In this document: one piece after another, positions 1 to 11,897 of the stretch
Layout: every line of letters starts with the position of its first letter
Position numbering within the stretch: position 1 is the first letter of the stretch
Notes under the pieces: model-generated
Database searches by the model: none
Told to the model about the DNA's origin: nothing
The model's input: only the letters and a program-made list of their open reading frames with translations
Made by a program: the position numbers and the translations under genes
Assembly (NCBI GenBank): GCA_000934665.2
Contig: JYFJ02001638.1
Coordinates: 62,001 to 125,643 of the forward strand
Length of the DNA: 63,643 nucleotides
Direction of reading: 5' to 3'
Source of the DNA: Catajapyx aquilonaris
Taxonomy: Eukaryota

Positions 1-1298
1 ACCCACCAGCACCTCCGCTTTCTCCAGCTGCACATGCTTATCCTCCTCGCTTGACGTCGCAACCTCGATGTCACTCTGCAAAGCGAAGGAGTTACTCTCG
101 AGGGGAGAGGACGACGACATTGCGACCTATTACCTTCACTCTCCTTCGGACGAACCGGTTGTACAGCTCGGTCCTGGCGCTAATTATGGTCAGCTCGCCC
201 AGTAGATGATCCAGGTCGTTTGGGTCGAGAGCGTCCTGTCCATCCCCACCACCTCGCATGAACCGGTCGACCTGCATCGTTTTCTTTCCCAACCCTCTGG
301 CCCTCGCGAACTCCGCCAGAATTCGTTCAGCTTGTGCGTCACACTCGGCCTGCAGGAAGCCCATGACCTGCATAACCTGGCCTGGTCCGTAGTACGTTTC
401 AACCAGTGGCTGGTGTATCTCCACGATGCGGGCGACCCCTTCGAACAGCAGCGTCAGGGTGTCTGCGAACACCACATTGGCCCTTCCGCCGCCGCCAGCC
501 ACCGCCTGCTTGCATGCCTCCTCCAGGTTGGTTATGGATGCGGCCTGCAGCTTGGAGCAGAGGTACAGCATGTAGCGGCGCAGGCCCTCCTCCTGCATGC
601 TGATGAGCGGGAACAGCTTGAAGAACCGCTCCACCGAGGCCAGGTCCCCGTCTCTGACCGACTCGTCAAACCTGCGCCCAACCAGGTCTCGCAGCTCCTG
701 CTGTGCTCTACGCAGCAGCACAAAGGAGCCGCCCAGAGTGGTCTCCTCCCCGGCATCCCTGGCGGTGTGGACCAACTGCGCCTCGTCCATGGACAGGAAG
801 CGGTGGACATGAGCTGCGGCCTGCTCGTAATCCTCACTCTGCAGTGCGTTGTGGACCCCCTCGCTGCACAGCTTCAGGTCAAGCAGGTCGTGCACTCTGT
901 GCTGGCACTCCCACACGCGACCCTGCAAAGAAAGTCCAGCCTCAGCCTCCAGCGAAAGGGATGTAGTAGCAGCAGCGCATACCTTGGCAAGATCAAGCTT
1001 CCTGACTTTGGCGCTAACGCTCTGAGCCAACGTGGCGGTGAAGTGGATCATGTCCGCCAGCTGCTGCGCGTCCGACTGAAGCACCTGAACCTTCGGGAGA
1101 CTCCTGCTGACTCCAGCCAGCTTGCTCTGCAGAAGCGGCTCCCTGGACATCAATCCTTCCAGCTCACGATTCACCCTCTCCTGGACAAGAAATATAACCA
1201 GTCGTGTTTGTTATCCGTGTATCAATATCCGCTGCAAAAAGCCGTACCTCCTGAACCGTCAGCTGGTCGTACGCCTTCCGAATCTCCTCCACATCCAT
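1..1298 (-). CDS. COG4: Conserved oligomeric Golgi complex subunit 4, N-terminal part; gene continues past the left edge. Exons 1298-1248, 1180-983, 922-134, 75-<1
   Basis: Spliced translation MDVEEIRKAYDQLTVQE|ERVNRELEGL...SAKVRKLDLAK|GRVWECQHRVHDLLDLKLCSEGV...DYEQAAAHVHRFL...DLASVERFFKLFPL...FADTLTLLFEGVARIVEIHQPLVETYYGPG matches COG4 motifs as I recall them. All introns are GT-AG and phase-compatible. Confidence 0.93.
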
Positions 1299-1594
1299 GT
1301 TGACAGGGGCACGCCCAGGGGCAGGCCCGGGGCAGGATCAGCCAACAAAACCTGAAGAAAAATCACCTTAAAATTGAGGACGTGGAAGCCGCCATCTTGA
1401 AACCAGAGTTGCCATACAACAAATTCTCCGGTCAGGGTTGCCAACCTCTGAACCGCCAGTGTTGCCACCACGCTGCATCTGGCAACCTTGGCGGATGACT
1501 AGTTGGCGTGACGTCACACGCTGCTGCTGCTGCTTCCTCTTCTTCTTATGCTGGATAATTCGAACACAAGTTTTTTCCAGTGATTCCCTCCAGA
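1299..1594. promoter_or_regulatory. Bidirectional COG4/EMC4 promoter region
   Basis: About 300 bp between divergent start codons. Contains a YY1-type GCCGCCATCTTG (1388-1399), three TGGCAAC-type motifs between about 1432 and 1487, and a CRE-like palindrome GTGACGTCAC (1508-1517). Confidence 0.65.
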
Positions 1595-2216
1595 ATGTCC
1601 AGTGGAAAGGTCCTGCTGCCCAAGAGGATCAAGTGGGCTGTGGACTTCGCTTCCAGGTCAGTATTGGAGGCTGCGCAGTACTAGTAACAAGGGCGGGGTT
1701 CCCTCTGAACCGCATGTTTGGTTCCGTTCAAGGAGCAGGGCCGATGGGAGCAGCCTTCGAGGGGCTCAGCCGCCGCCTGAGCTCCCGTCCCCGCCTGGGT
1801 ACAGCTCCTCGTTCAGCCAGGTCCAGGCCGAGGGCAGCAGGGAGACGGACCCCAACCTGATCATCAAGCGGTCCTGGGACCTGGCCCTGGGCCCCCTGAA
1901 GCAGGTCCCGATGAACCTCTTCCTGATGTACATGGCCGGGAACTCCATCTCCATCTTCCCCATAATGATGGTCGGGATGCTGTTCCTGAGGCCGGTCAAG
2001 GCCCTGCTGACCATGCAGAACGCCTGCAAGCTCATCGAGGGGAGCCACGCTCTGGGGCAGAAGATCGTCTACTGCCTGGGGAACCTGGTCAACCTGGCGC
2101 TGGCCCTGTACAAGTGCCAGTCCATGGGGCTGCTCCCCACGCACTCCTCCGACTGGCTTGCCTTCGTGGAGCCGCAGCAGAGGATAGAGTTCTCCGGAGG
2201 GGGGGTGCTCTTCTGA
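1595..2216 (+). CDS. EMC4: ER membrane protein complex subunit 4 (TMEM85), about 180 aa. Exons 1595-1656 and 1733 (or 1739)-2216
   Basis: [20 protein letters not shown]|...LPSPPGY...[41 protein letters not shown]...[32 protein letters not shown] is the EMC4 signature. Donor AG|gtcagt at 1657, phase 2. Confidence 0.95.
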
Positions 2217-2405
2217 ACACTCCGCTACAAGTTTTACATTTGTTTATTTAAATCCAAGTTGTAAAGTAACCAACAACATACCAGTTATTATATACATTAT
2301 TTCCTGTTCTTTGTTCCTCTATGTGTGTAATGGAAAAAGGTATTTGACCAATAAACCAGAGTCTGTAAGAAGCACACGTACGTCGCACCCACTGAACTTG
2401 CTGCT

Positions 2406-3763
2406 TCAGTTGCCAGGCGGCTTCTTGTGCTGCTCGGCAAAGCTCTTCACCTTCTGCCACAACTCTCCAGGCTCGTCTATCCTCGGCACCTGCAATGGAA
2501 CGAGCATTACTGATTAACTGACCACACACACAGTTCCGCCAGACATAATCCGACTAATGATCGCAATGATTAAATAAAATCATCGTGTCAAAATGCTCAC
2601 GTCATAGTTCTGCGCAATGTAGACTCCGGCGTACAGTCCTGCTCCAAAGGTCAGCTGCAACGGAATGAATGAGTGAGATTGGGCTGATGTGAGCCAAGAA
2701 TAACCCAGCATGATGCTTTAACCGACAACAAGAAAGAGAGTGCGCTTACTGCTCCACCTACAATGAGGTGCATTGCGATGAATACGACCAGGACCAGGTT
2801 GTACAGGAAGGTGAGAATCATTGCGGACGATTGGGGGAATGTGGAGGGAATGTGCGGCACACACGACCATGGAGAGGGTGTCCTTGCTGCGCCACAAAGG
2901 CTCGGCTCCCTTGTAATTTATTATTCACCCTTAGTAAGGCCCCCCCCTGCCTACATATTTATAGTTCACCCCCCTCCAAAGGGATCCTCCAGACGGGATC
3001 ACAGACACAAACAACTCCCTCCCCTCCACACACACACAAGTGGAGGGCTATTCCTGGCCACATGAAAGGTGCCTACACTCTTTAAGGCGGCTGCTCTGGG
3101 AACCTTGCCAGGATCAGGAATGTGTAGCACACACAGGCGCATATCTAATCAATCGCATGCTTGTGTCAAGCAGCATCGCTTACGTTACCTCAGCATTTGC
3201 GTGCATTTTAACTGTTTCGGCCGCAGTGGTTTTCTTTGCAACAAGCTGCATGTTTGAACAGCACGAGTGGAAGCAAGCCCTTTTATTTGCCCGTAGCTTA
3301 ATTTTTGATGGTTCCAAACAGACGTGGAAGTATTGCGGGGCAATTGCTTCGTTGTGTGAATGGCATTCCGTTGGTCAAAAATAGGGTGTTACGTCCGCAG
3401 GTCTTTCATTTTGTTTGGCATGTGAAGAATGCTATTGGCATTACAGCATGCTTGCAGTTATGACGATGCGTAACGGATGTAGTGTACAGGCTGCCTTAGC
3501 AATGGAATAATGTGAGGACTCGCGTTGGGATCATTTCCTGCAGCAAAAAGGATAACACTTTGCGTTTCGTTACCGAGCAATTTCTCCGGATGTTACATCA
3601 TTGCGGCTGGGCATGTTTCGTCCGCATCTATGTGCTTCCAATAAATCTCGAGGGTGTAATGCATTGTGTACGTTCATGCTGCCAGGGTATGTCTCCAATA
3701 ATTGCATATCAATTATATTTAAATTAATTTAGCTTCCCGATGACTCACAATGAACCTCAGCAT
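2406..3763 (-). CDS. STMP1: Short transmembrane mitochondrial protein 1-like microprotein (50 aa). Exons 3763-3749, 2654-2601, 2489-2406
   Basis: Manual splicing gives MLRFI|LTFGAGLYAGVYIAQNYD|VPRIDEPGELWQKVKSFAEQHKKPPGN*, with the G-x-Y-x-AQNYD-x-P and C-terminal KKP pattern of STMP1/C7orf73. Donors gtgagt and gtgagc, both acceptors ttgcag, all phase 0. Not in the ORF track. Confidence 0.85.
2762..2821 (-). CDS. Candidate alternative first coding exon of STMP1 (MILTFLYNLVLVVFIAMHLI)
   Basis: ATG-initiated 60-nt frame ending ATT|gtaggt in phase 0, 107 nt upstream of the shared exon-2 acceptor. Confidence 0.5.
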
Positions 3764-3989
3764 CTTTGGTCCGCCTTCCTTCTCCTCTTCCCTTCCGTTT
3801 CCTGCCGACCTTCAACAAGACGGACGCGACGATTCCGCAGCTTTTTACCGTCGGCGTCGTCAGCGTCAACAGCGAGTGAAAAAGAGACGTCTAAACAATC
3901 AGCCGACGGCCGTTCCCTCGTCTTATCTCATCGGACCAGGATAAGGAGAAAGGAACAGAACCGAACCAATTTTCAACTTCAACCGCCTC

Positions 3990-3999
3990 TGCGCATGCG
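3990..3999. promoter_or_regulatory. NRF-1/EWG-type motif TGCGCATGCG upstream of STMP1
   Basis: Sequence match about 230 bp upstream of the STMP1 ATG, between the RIOK1 polyA signal and STMP1 exon 1. Confidence 0.45.
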
Positions 4000-4108
4000 T
4001 GTGGCGCTCAATTCAAACTACTTTTTTAAAATATGAATTTTCATAAATACTTTTTTATTCCATGCGCCAATGTGTCAATTAGTAATTATTATTATTCCGG
4101 TGCTGCCT

Positions 4109-5837
4109 TCATCGCTTGGGGGCGTGTTTGCCCATCTTCTCGTGCCTCTTCTTCACGTGCTTCTTCACCTTGGTCTTCCGCTTCTCCGCCTTCTCCTCCT
4201 TCGCCGCCTTCTTGCGCTCCTGCAACGCACACGCATCGTTACAACTCTCCGTACCCATGTACACACCCTGCGTACGTACCTTTTTACTGTTTGGAGACTC
4301 ATCTCTGGGCCTGGCCCCGCTCACAAACTTGCTCTCCTTCTCATCGTCCGAGTCTGAATCGTCCGACTCCTCTTCGGATCCCGCCTGCTCTTCGTCCGCT
4401 CCTGTTGGTCCTCTGAGGGGTCCGGACAGGTCAGGGGTCAGCCCCACTAGTGTGGCGCAGGGGACCTCGCCTTTGACCTGGTCCAGCCGTCCGGGTATGA
4501 ACACCTGCTGGAAGACGTTATCCGCAACCGTCTCCTCCGCGCTGACCTCCTCGCCCTTTGCCTCCGCCTTATCGGACAGCTGGGTCAATCTGCGCTCAAC
4601 GTCCTCCTTCGTTGCCAAGGTCGGGTCGGTCACAAACTCAAACATGTCTCTTGCCGACATTGTCTGGACGCCTCGCTTACGGAAGTACTCGGTCACATTG
4701 GAGCAGTCCTTGCGTAGAAATTCAAGCGCATGTGGATGGTCGTGCTCAACGCCCTGCGACACGTCGATTATGTACAGCGTCCCTTCGTGCAGCCTGCAAG
4801 AATTCGCAATGAAGCAGAGACATGTACCGTACGAACAACCCTGGCACTACCTACAGCATGTTGAACTCGGACAGATCGGCATGCACAAGCCTGCACTTGG
4901 AGTACAGCGTTTGCATGCCGACAGCGCAATCCCAGTACAAGCGCCTGGCCAGCTGCGGTGTCAACGTGACGTCCTTTAGCTTGGGAGCGGGCCACCCGTC
5001 GCTCCCGAGGAAGGTCATGAGCAGCACGTGACCTCTCAGCAGCAGCGGCTTGGGACAGGGGATCCCAGCGGTGGTCATCCGCTGCAGGTTCCTCATCTCC
5101 TTCTCCGCCCAGGCCTGCACCATCTTGCGCGGATTGCCTCGTCCGTACCCTCTCCTGAACCTGAACTCGCCCGACACGTACCGGTCCCGGTCCCGGAAGG
5201 ACAGGATGGACGTCTTGTACACTTTGAGCGCCATGTCCGGCTTGGACTCGTGCGTTGCGTGGTACACGTTGGCCTCCTTCCCAGTGGACACGCATCCGTT
5301 GATGGACGAGACCCATCCCGAGTTGAGGATCTTGAAGAGGATGATGCGTGTGCGGGGGTCCATCACCGTCTCGGTCGTGGCCCGGTCCTGCTTGTCCCGC
5401 GTCCGGTGCTGGCTGCGTCCGTCCTGTATGCGCGACAGGTACTTCCCGGACAGGCGCTTCTCAACGGGCTGGTAGCGTGAGGACGACTGTTGCTGCTGCG
5501 GGTTGAGTCTGGCCGACCCTAGGTCTGTCGGCGAATTGCGTCTGTACTCGTCCGGCATTGCGTGGTGCTGCACTTACCGCATCGCATGGCCTGCTTCCAG
5601 TCGCTCCCGTCCATCCAGTCCTCATCGTCATCGTCGTCGTAATCTCCAGGGTCCTCCACAGCCTCCCCGTTGTTGAGCCTCATCCTCCAGACCTGGTCTT
5701 CAACGGACTCCAGCAGCGGACTGCAATTAATATGTGATTACACATGTGCCGTAATTGAAAGTGTGCGTGCCTCACCCTTCTTCGTTGTCCTCCTCCGCAT
5801 CGCTGAACTGTCCAGGCACCACCTCCGCTTCGCCCAT
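4109..5837 (-). CDS. RIOK1: RIO kinase 1 (499 aa). Exons 5837-5776, 5720-5578, 5524-4855, 4793-4280, 4219-4109
   Basis: [11 protein letters not shown]-terminus, [75 protein letters not shown] and a basic C-terminal tail. Exons sum to 1500 nt. AATAAA on the - strand at 4054-4059. Confidence 0.95.
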
Positions 5838-6085
5838 GACCTTCACAGGCTCGACCGGGCTCGACCGAAAAACTTTGCCAAAAAAATCTGCCAAATTAGC
5901 ACGTGGGGGCGGCCATCTTGTCCAAGTGACGCAACATGTCGAATCACCTGCTCTAATTGTTTTACAATTCAATTGCAAATTGAGGGTCATACGCCACGTT
6001 TAATATAAAATTGCACTCTCATTGCGCGGTTTTAATGTCAATTAAAATGCGCGGCAGGGTTGCCAGATGAACGGTCATTTCCAAG
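5838..6085. promoter_or_regulatory. Bidirectional RIOK1/PPIE promoter region
   Basis: About 250 bp between divergent ATGs. YY1-type motifs at 5909-5920 (- strand) and overlapping the PPIE ATG (CCAAGATGGCG, 6081-6091). CAGGGTTGCCAG at 6056-6067. Confidence 0.65.
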
Positions 6086-6359
6086 ATGGCGTCCAACCAG
6101 AAGCGTACTGTTTACGTCGGTTCGTATTCGACAATTATTATTGCGTTACTTACAGTCGGGCATGCACTGCTATCACTTGCTACTGAAACTTGGTACCTAC
6201 TGCTATGAAATTACGAATAAATCGGCTGACAAGCTGAGCTCCTGCAAGCCACAGCCGCCTTCCCATAGTGTACTGTACTGTACCAAGCAGTAAAAGCAAC
6301 CAAAATAATAAAAATAAATACATTTACCCAAGACGGAATATTTAATAATGATGATAATG

Positions 6360-6422
<63 letters not shown>

Positions 6423-7666
6423 TCCGGGTAGTGATTGGCCTTCTCGGCATGTAGCGCGGACCTTTATTTGTACGATGTACATATTTGGAACCTAATTATT
6501 GAAACGCCCGGATATTTAATAATAATAATGATGATGATAATAATAAGGCGGCATTGTTCCCCTGAAAAGGCGGCCTGGCCGAAGAGGTGGACGAGAAGGT
6601 GCTGCACGCAGCCTTCATACCGTTTGGTGACATTGTGGACATCCAGATACCGCTTGACTATGAGACGGAGAAGCACAGGGGCTTCGCTTTCGTGGAGTTC
6701 GAGGCGGCGGAGGATGCGGCGGCTGCCATCGACAACATGGTGAGGGTTTTGCTCTCTCTCTGCGCTCCAGGTGTTGACTCTCTCTCTGCTTTCTTCACGC
6801 TAGAATGACTCGGAGTTGTTTGGACGCACGGTGCGGGTGAACCTGGCCAAGCCGCAGAAGATCAAGCAGGGGTCAACCAAGCCGGTTTGGTCAGACGACA
6901 CCTGGTTGCAGAAGCATGCCGGGGAGACGCTCAAGGAAGGCGAGACCCCACCGGCCAAGTCTGCGGACGAGGAGGGGGAGGACGGGGCGGAAGGAGGCGC
7001 CGCGGTGGGCGACGAGGACGGAGAGGACGAGGAGGAGCCAAAGTCCAAGCGGAAGAGGAACCCGCAAGTCTATCTAGACATGAAGGTCAGCACATTTATC
7101 AAAGACAAGGCTTTGTTTGATCTGGCTGTTTATTATTCGTGCAGGTTGGGAACGTGACACTTGGCCGAATAATCCTGATGCTGAGGGCAGATGTTTGCCC
7201 ACTGACGGCGGAGAACTACAGATGCCTGTGCACCCACGAGAAGGGGTTTGGCTTCCAGGGGTCTCACTTCCACCGGATCATACCTGGGTTCATGTGCCAG
7301 GGGGGAGACTTCACCAATGGCGACGGGACTGGCGGGAGGTCCATATACGGGAAGAAGTTTCCAGACGAGAACTTCAAGCTGAAGCACATATCGGCCGGAA
7401 CGCTCTCAATGGCCAACTCCGGCCCAAACTCAAACGGATCGCAGTTCTTCCTCACCACAGCGAGGACAGAGTGGCTCGACGGGAAGCACTGTGTGTTCGG
7501 CAACCTTGTCGGCGGGATGGACGTACTGAAGAAGATTGAGGTACTTGGCTGCTTCCTTTTGCCCATTGTCATTATTACACATTGTTTCCCTTTGCAGAAG
7601 TACGGGACCAGAGCTGGGAAGCCAACCGATCGGGTCGTCATAGCCTCCTGCGGCGAACTGGTCTGA
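6086..7666 (+). CDS. PPIE: Peptidyl-prolyl cis-trans isomerase E (cyclophilin-33; RRM plus cyclophilin), 316 aa. Exons 6086-6119, 6570-6739, 6804-7085, 7145-7540, 7598-7666
   Basis: [53 protein letters not shown] and cyclophilin [23 protein letters not shown]...[10 protein letters not shown]. Exons sum to 951 nt. AATAAA at 7709-7714. Confidence 0.97.
6342..6421. repeat. (TAA)n microsatellite in PPIE intron 1
   Basis: Directly visible trinucleotide run. Confidence 0.95.
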
Positions 7667-10600
7667 CATGTAACCAGACCCCTCCTGCATTACCAATGTG
7701 TATGTCACAATAAATTTTTCCGCATTTTTGTACCTGTCCGCATTTTAATCTGGACTGGGTTGATGCAGGGAATGTTTACACAACAGGAAATGGCATGGCA
7801 CGGCACAAGTATAGGAAATAACCTGAAAATTTGTACTTGTTTTCTTGCTAAACGTCCCTGGGTAGCGTATTTTTCTGGGCAAGCAGAAAATATTACTGTG
7901 TTGGCTGCATTGATTGAGTTATCGAAAAGTACACTCTGAACAAATGAAGTTTTCTTCTCCTCCCCTTTCTTTTCTCTCTTTGCGTTTGGATATTGGAGAA
8001 CGTGACCGTTTGCTGCGGTTTGCTGGGTAAAGAAGGGATGAGACTTTTTAAGGGAGAGCCGCATGAGCCAATTTTTCATGTGTGTTAGCCGTGTGTCATT
8101 ACCTCTGTGGGCTTGTAAGTGGTGTGGAAGAAAAGTTGCACAATTTGGTTTTTCATTGCGTATTTTATGCCGGGCAACTTTTTAACTCTTGCAGGGTGAA
8201 ATATGGAAAATGGCTTTTTCTTTTTCGCTACCTGGTCGTAACAACATGCTTAACTTTTTCAGTGGGGGGGTTTGAGAGGGGGTGAAAAAAAAAGGGAAGG
8301 CCGTGGCCTTGAGGGTGGGTGGGTTGGACCAACGTCATCACTTTTTTCCTTTCTCTCCCTCTCTCTCAAGAAGTTGGTCCAATTTCTGCTACGCCGCTTC
8401 TAGGGGGGGAGAAAATTATCGAGTCAAATCCTGCCGTTAAATCAACTTATCCTGGAGGATTGGGAAGAAGGGTGGGGGGATTTCAAATTAAAAAGTAGCA
8501 ACCACAGGCCGTGGGACAGTCGGGGTGGAATAAGGCGACATCATTGAAGCCCAAATGTGTCAATTCAATAAAAAAGGTAGTCAGGTCGTCTCGAGCACTG
8601 TGTCCACTGTCCGTCTCTAATCTGTAATTTAAATGACTTTGGTTACATGCGGGTTACCGTGGCGCAATGGCAAAGCTACAATAACGTTCGTTGGCCTGCG
8701 ACGGACAGCATTATAGGCGGATTTAACACCCACGATAAGCACCCTGGCGATCGCAATTAAGCGAAAATCATCATCGGGCAAATCCTACGTACCGTGCCTG
8801 GCATGGCCGCAAGACGGACACTGGTGCGGTCACCCAGAAGCCATACAGATGACACCAACACCTCTCTTGGCCCTGGGATCCGAAAATTTCATTTCTGGGC
8901 TTCCTTTTCGAGGACCGCACGTTTCATTTCGTGGTGTCAATCATATTTCAAACAGTTTTGTCATTATGTTAACCCTTTTCGCAATAATATTTCCCTTTGA
9001 ATACAAATCCGTAGTCGCACTGTAATGCCGCAAAAAAAAAAAGACGAAAATTATTTTAGCTGGCCGAGTCAGCCGACTATTGGCGAAATCTTTCTCCCGT
9101 TCCCGGCATCAAAGGGCCTTAACTCCAGTGAGTTACCCGTGACGGTTATGAGTGGCTTAACTGGTGGGAAGGGGCTGGAGGATTAGTTAGCGTGCCAGGG
9201 AGGGCTATAGCATGTGTCCATTTCGCTGGCACAAAAATCGCAAAAAGGGAAAAGGTAGCAGCAGTGTATATCCTGCCAGTTGGACTACCCGCAGAGCAAG
9301 GGTGGCACCTGGGTTGCCCTCAACAGTCAGGATGAACATTATGGTTGAGGCTCCAATAATATATTTGCGTGTGTCCAATATACACTTTTCGTCTTTTCTG
9401 AACGAAACTTTCGCCCTCTTATTATGACCTAACCCTGTTCGACCTCTAATCTGGAAATAGCCTTATTTGTCCTTGGAAATATCATGCACCTGATGTTTCT
9501 GAATATTACTAATGCACACAGTCATCTGGCTCTTGATCCAACTATAATCCAACCCTTTGTAGTGTAGGATCTGAGCAAAATGTGCTTTCCCGTGTTAATC
9601 CCTCCTTCTCATAGTATATAGGCGGGTATCTCTCCTTTCCTCCTGTGCACACCTGCTGCCCTTACCTGTCCCCCCACCCCCCTCACCTTGCTGCCAACCT
9701 CCCCCCTTTTTGCCTGGCTGCTGAGGTGAGCTTGGTGGAGCGAGGGACATCGATTCGGAGTGGGTGGGTCCTGCCTGCCTGCCTCCCCTACCTCTCCACT
9801 TTGCTGCACCCATCTATCCAACCTCCCCCAACCCCCAACACCAACCCCCCAATATTGATTACCTGGGCCCAGGAGAAGAGAGAGAGAGAAGCAAGCAAGC
9901 ATGTGCTGCAAAACCTCTCCTTGTGCCCACCTTTCCTGCTGCCCTAATCACTCACTCACCCCAACTCTGATGCTCCAGGGGGAGGGTGTGTGTGTGTGTG
10001 CCTTGGCATAAACCAAATCTGCTTTGGACTCGCAAATCCAATAGGGAGGGCCTTGCAAAGAGAGTCTGCAGCCTGCATTGCATCAGCCTCATTACCTCAT
10101 CTTACCACCATGCTAATCATGCCTCCTCTCACTACTGTACTGCGGAGGTTAGGTTAGGTTCCAGGGGGGGATACTACTGCTGTGCATTATATGGTTCACA
10201 AGAAAAGCCTGATTGTTTGGGAGGAAATGATAAAAAAGGTATCCAGCAGTGTGTATACACGTACGTATATCTCCTTCTTCCACTCGGGGTCACTCCTCCT
10301 CTCCGATGCCTTTTCTATTCATCACTGGGAGGCTTCCGACTCAATAACATGCTTTCGCGATAAGGAAATGATCTTCTTTTCTCCAGGCATTGGCGACAAA
10401 GACCTTCCTCCTCTTCTGTCCCCCCCCCTCTCTCTCTCCACATCTTGAAAACAGCTTTTCACTCTTTCACCACAAATTCCATTTTCTTTTGAGTGGGCGA
10501 AACCGACGGGACTTGTGCATGACTGCCTCTCTATACCCTCCACGTACGTATACACTGTACATTGTATAATTACACAATGCAGTGGAGTTGGATGCCCCTG

Positions 10601-11897
10601 TCCTTGCCCCTTCCATTGTTGCAGACCACCTATACGCATCTTATGGGAACGTCAACACGAAGAGTATATATTCACTGGGATAACTGGCATAACATTATTT
10701 AGTGTGTCGATTGGAATTGCGAGAGTGCAGAGGAGCGCGTTTACAGGTGCGCACCGCCACCTGTTGCAGGCAACGTTGCGCATTATTATTTTGGCTGGAG
10801 CTACAGAGAGACTAATCAGTACCGATGTTGCAGGACACGGGGCGGAGATGACAAAAAGCGCTTCATTTCCTCGCTTTCTCTCTCTCTCTCTGATGACGCA
10901 CCAGCAGAATTATGGATTCGAGAGGGGAATAAGGGCAATAAAATAGTCGAGTATCATTACGACGCGATGACGTGTGTACAGGGCTTACACCGTCGGGATA
11001 CACTCGCCGACAAAATGTTTCGGACACGGGCTGCTCCTGAACCGTTTGGCTTTTCAAATGTATGTCCGTAACATTTATTTTTTTTGCTCGTGTGTGTGTG
11101 TGGATGGCACCTGTTGCGATTCCCACAAGAAGCGTTACGATTCTGCACCGTCGGCCGACCGTTCCTCCCCCGAGGGTATAGTTGTGCGGGGGCGTAGAGT
11201 ACAATCGGGTGTCAATAACCGCCAGGGGGAAACACTGGATGGATGGATCGTGTGAATAGAGGAGGGCTCCAAAAGCCTCGGAGCTTCCAGGGAGGATGAC
11301 AAGGAGAGATCAGTGTCCTCCTCACCTTCCGCTCCATTTGATCCGGATCTGTCTCAAACGTGAGCGGTTGGCTACCCTGCGACATGTCATGGCGACTAGT
11401 TAAGCCCCGCCCCTCGCACGCACATGCCCCGCCCACTTCTGAGCTCCATCATCGCCTCCGTGGCTGCTGCTGGATCATGAGTCTTTTCCGTGACTTGAGT
11501 TCGAGCCGCGTTGGAACTTTCGAGTCCCTGTGATGTGCGTCCAGGCGGAAACACAAGTCGAGAGCGAATTGATTCTCCGACGCCCTCCGACGCTTACGAC
11601 GTCTCTCTCTCCCTCTCTTACCATCCCTGGAGGCCCCCCTCGCCTGCGAAAGCCCCCGGATCCGCAAAATGTATATCGGCGCCTTGCTCAGCAGCCCTAA
11701 TAGGCCGCCAAATTAAATTCTCCCCCTCCCTCCCTCCTTCCCTCCCTCCAACCTCTCCCCCAGTTCCAATTTTGAAGCTGCGACGAATGCTTGATCCCCG
11801 CCGGCTGGCTTGGCTTGGCTTGGATCACGTTTGCCTCGTTTGGTAGCACCAGACTTCATTCCCTCACAGGAATAACAGTCCTTACAGCGAAAAGAAT

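Noticed and set aside
206..1303. 365-aa + strand ORF, and similar long antisense ORFs over RIOK1 (4116-4979) and the Fife exons
   Set aside because: Shadow frames of GC-rich coding exons with no recognisable protein.
1352..1395. ATG at 1395 as the COG4 start via a GT...AG intron
   Set aside because: The intron would be only 15 nt and the product is out of frame with COG4.
2248..2529. 93-aa - strand ORF
   Set aside because: Wrong frame; the overlapping STMP1 exon 3 explains the coding-like signal.
6211..6450. Poly-Leu/Ile/Asn ORFs here and at 40890-41370, 59003-59393 and 63391-63588; poly-ER ORF at 49762-50559
   Set aside because: Translations of microsatellites.
1..7666. Five-gene cluster as a functional operon or novel system
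   Set aside because: Unrelated housekeeping functions on mixed strands with separate promoter and polyA signals; typical compact-genome packing.
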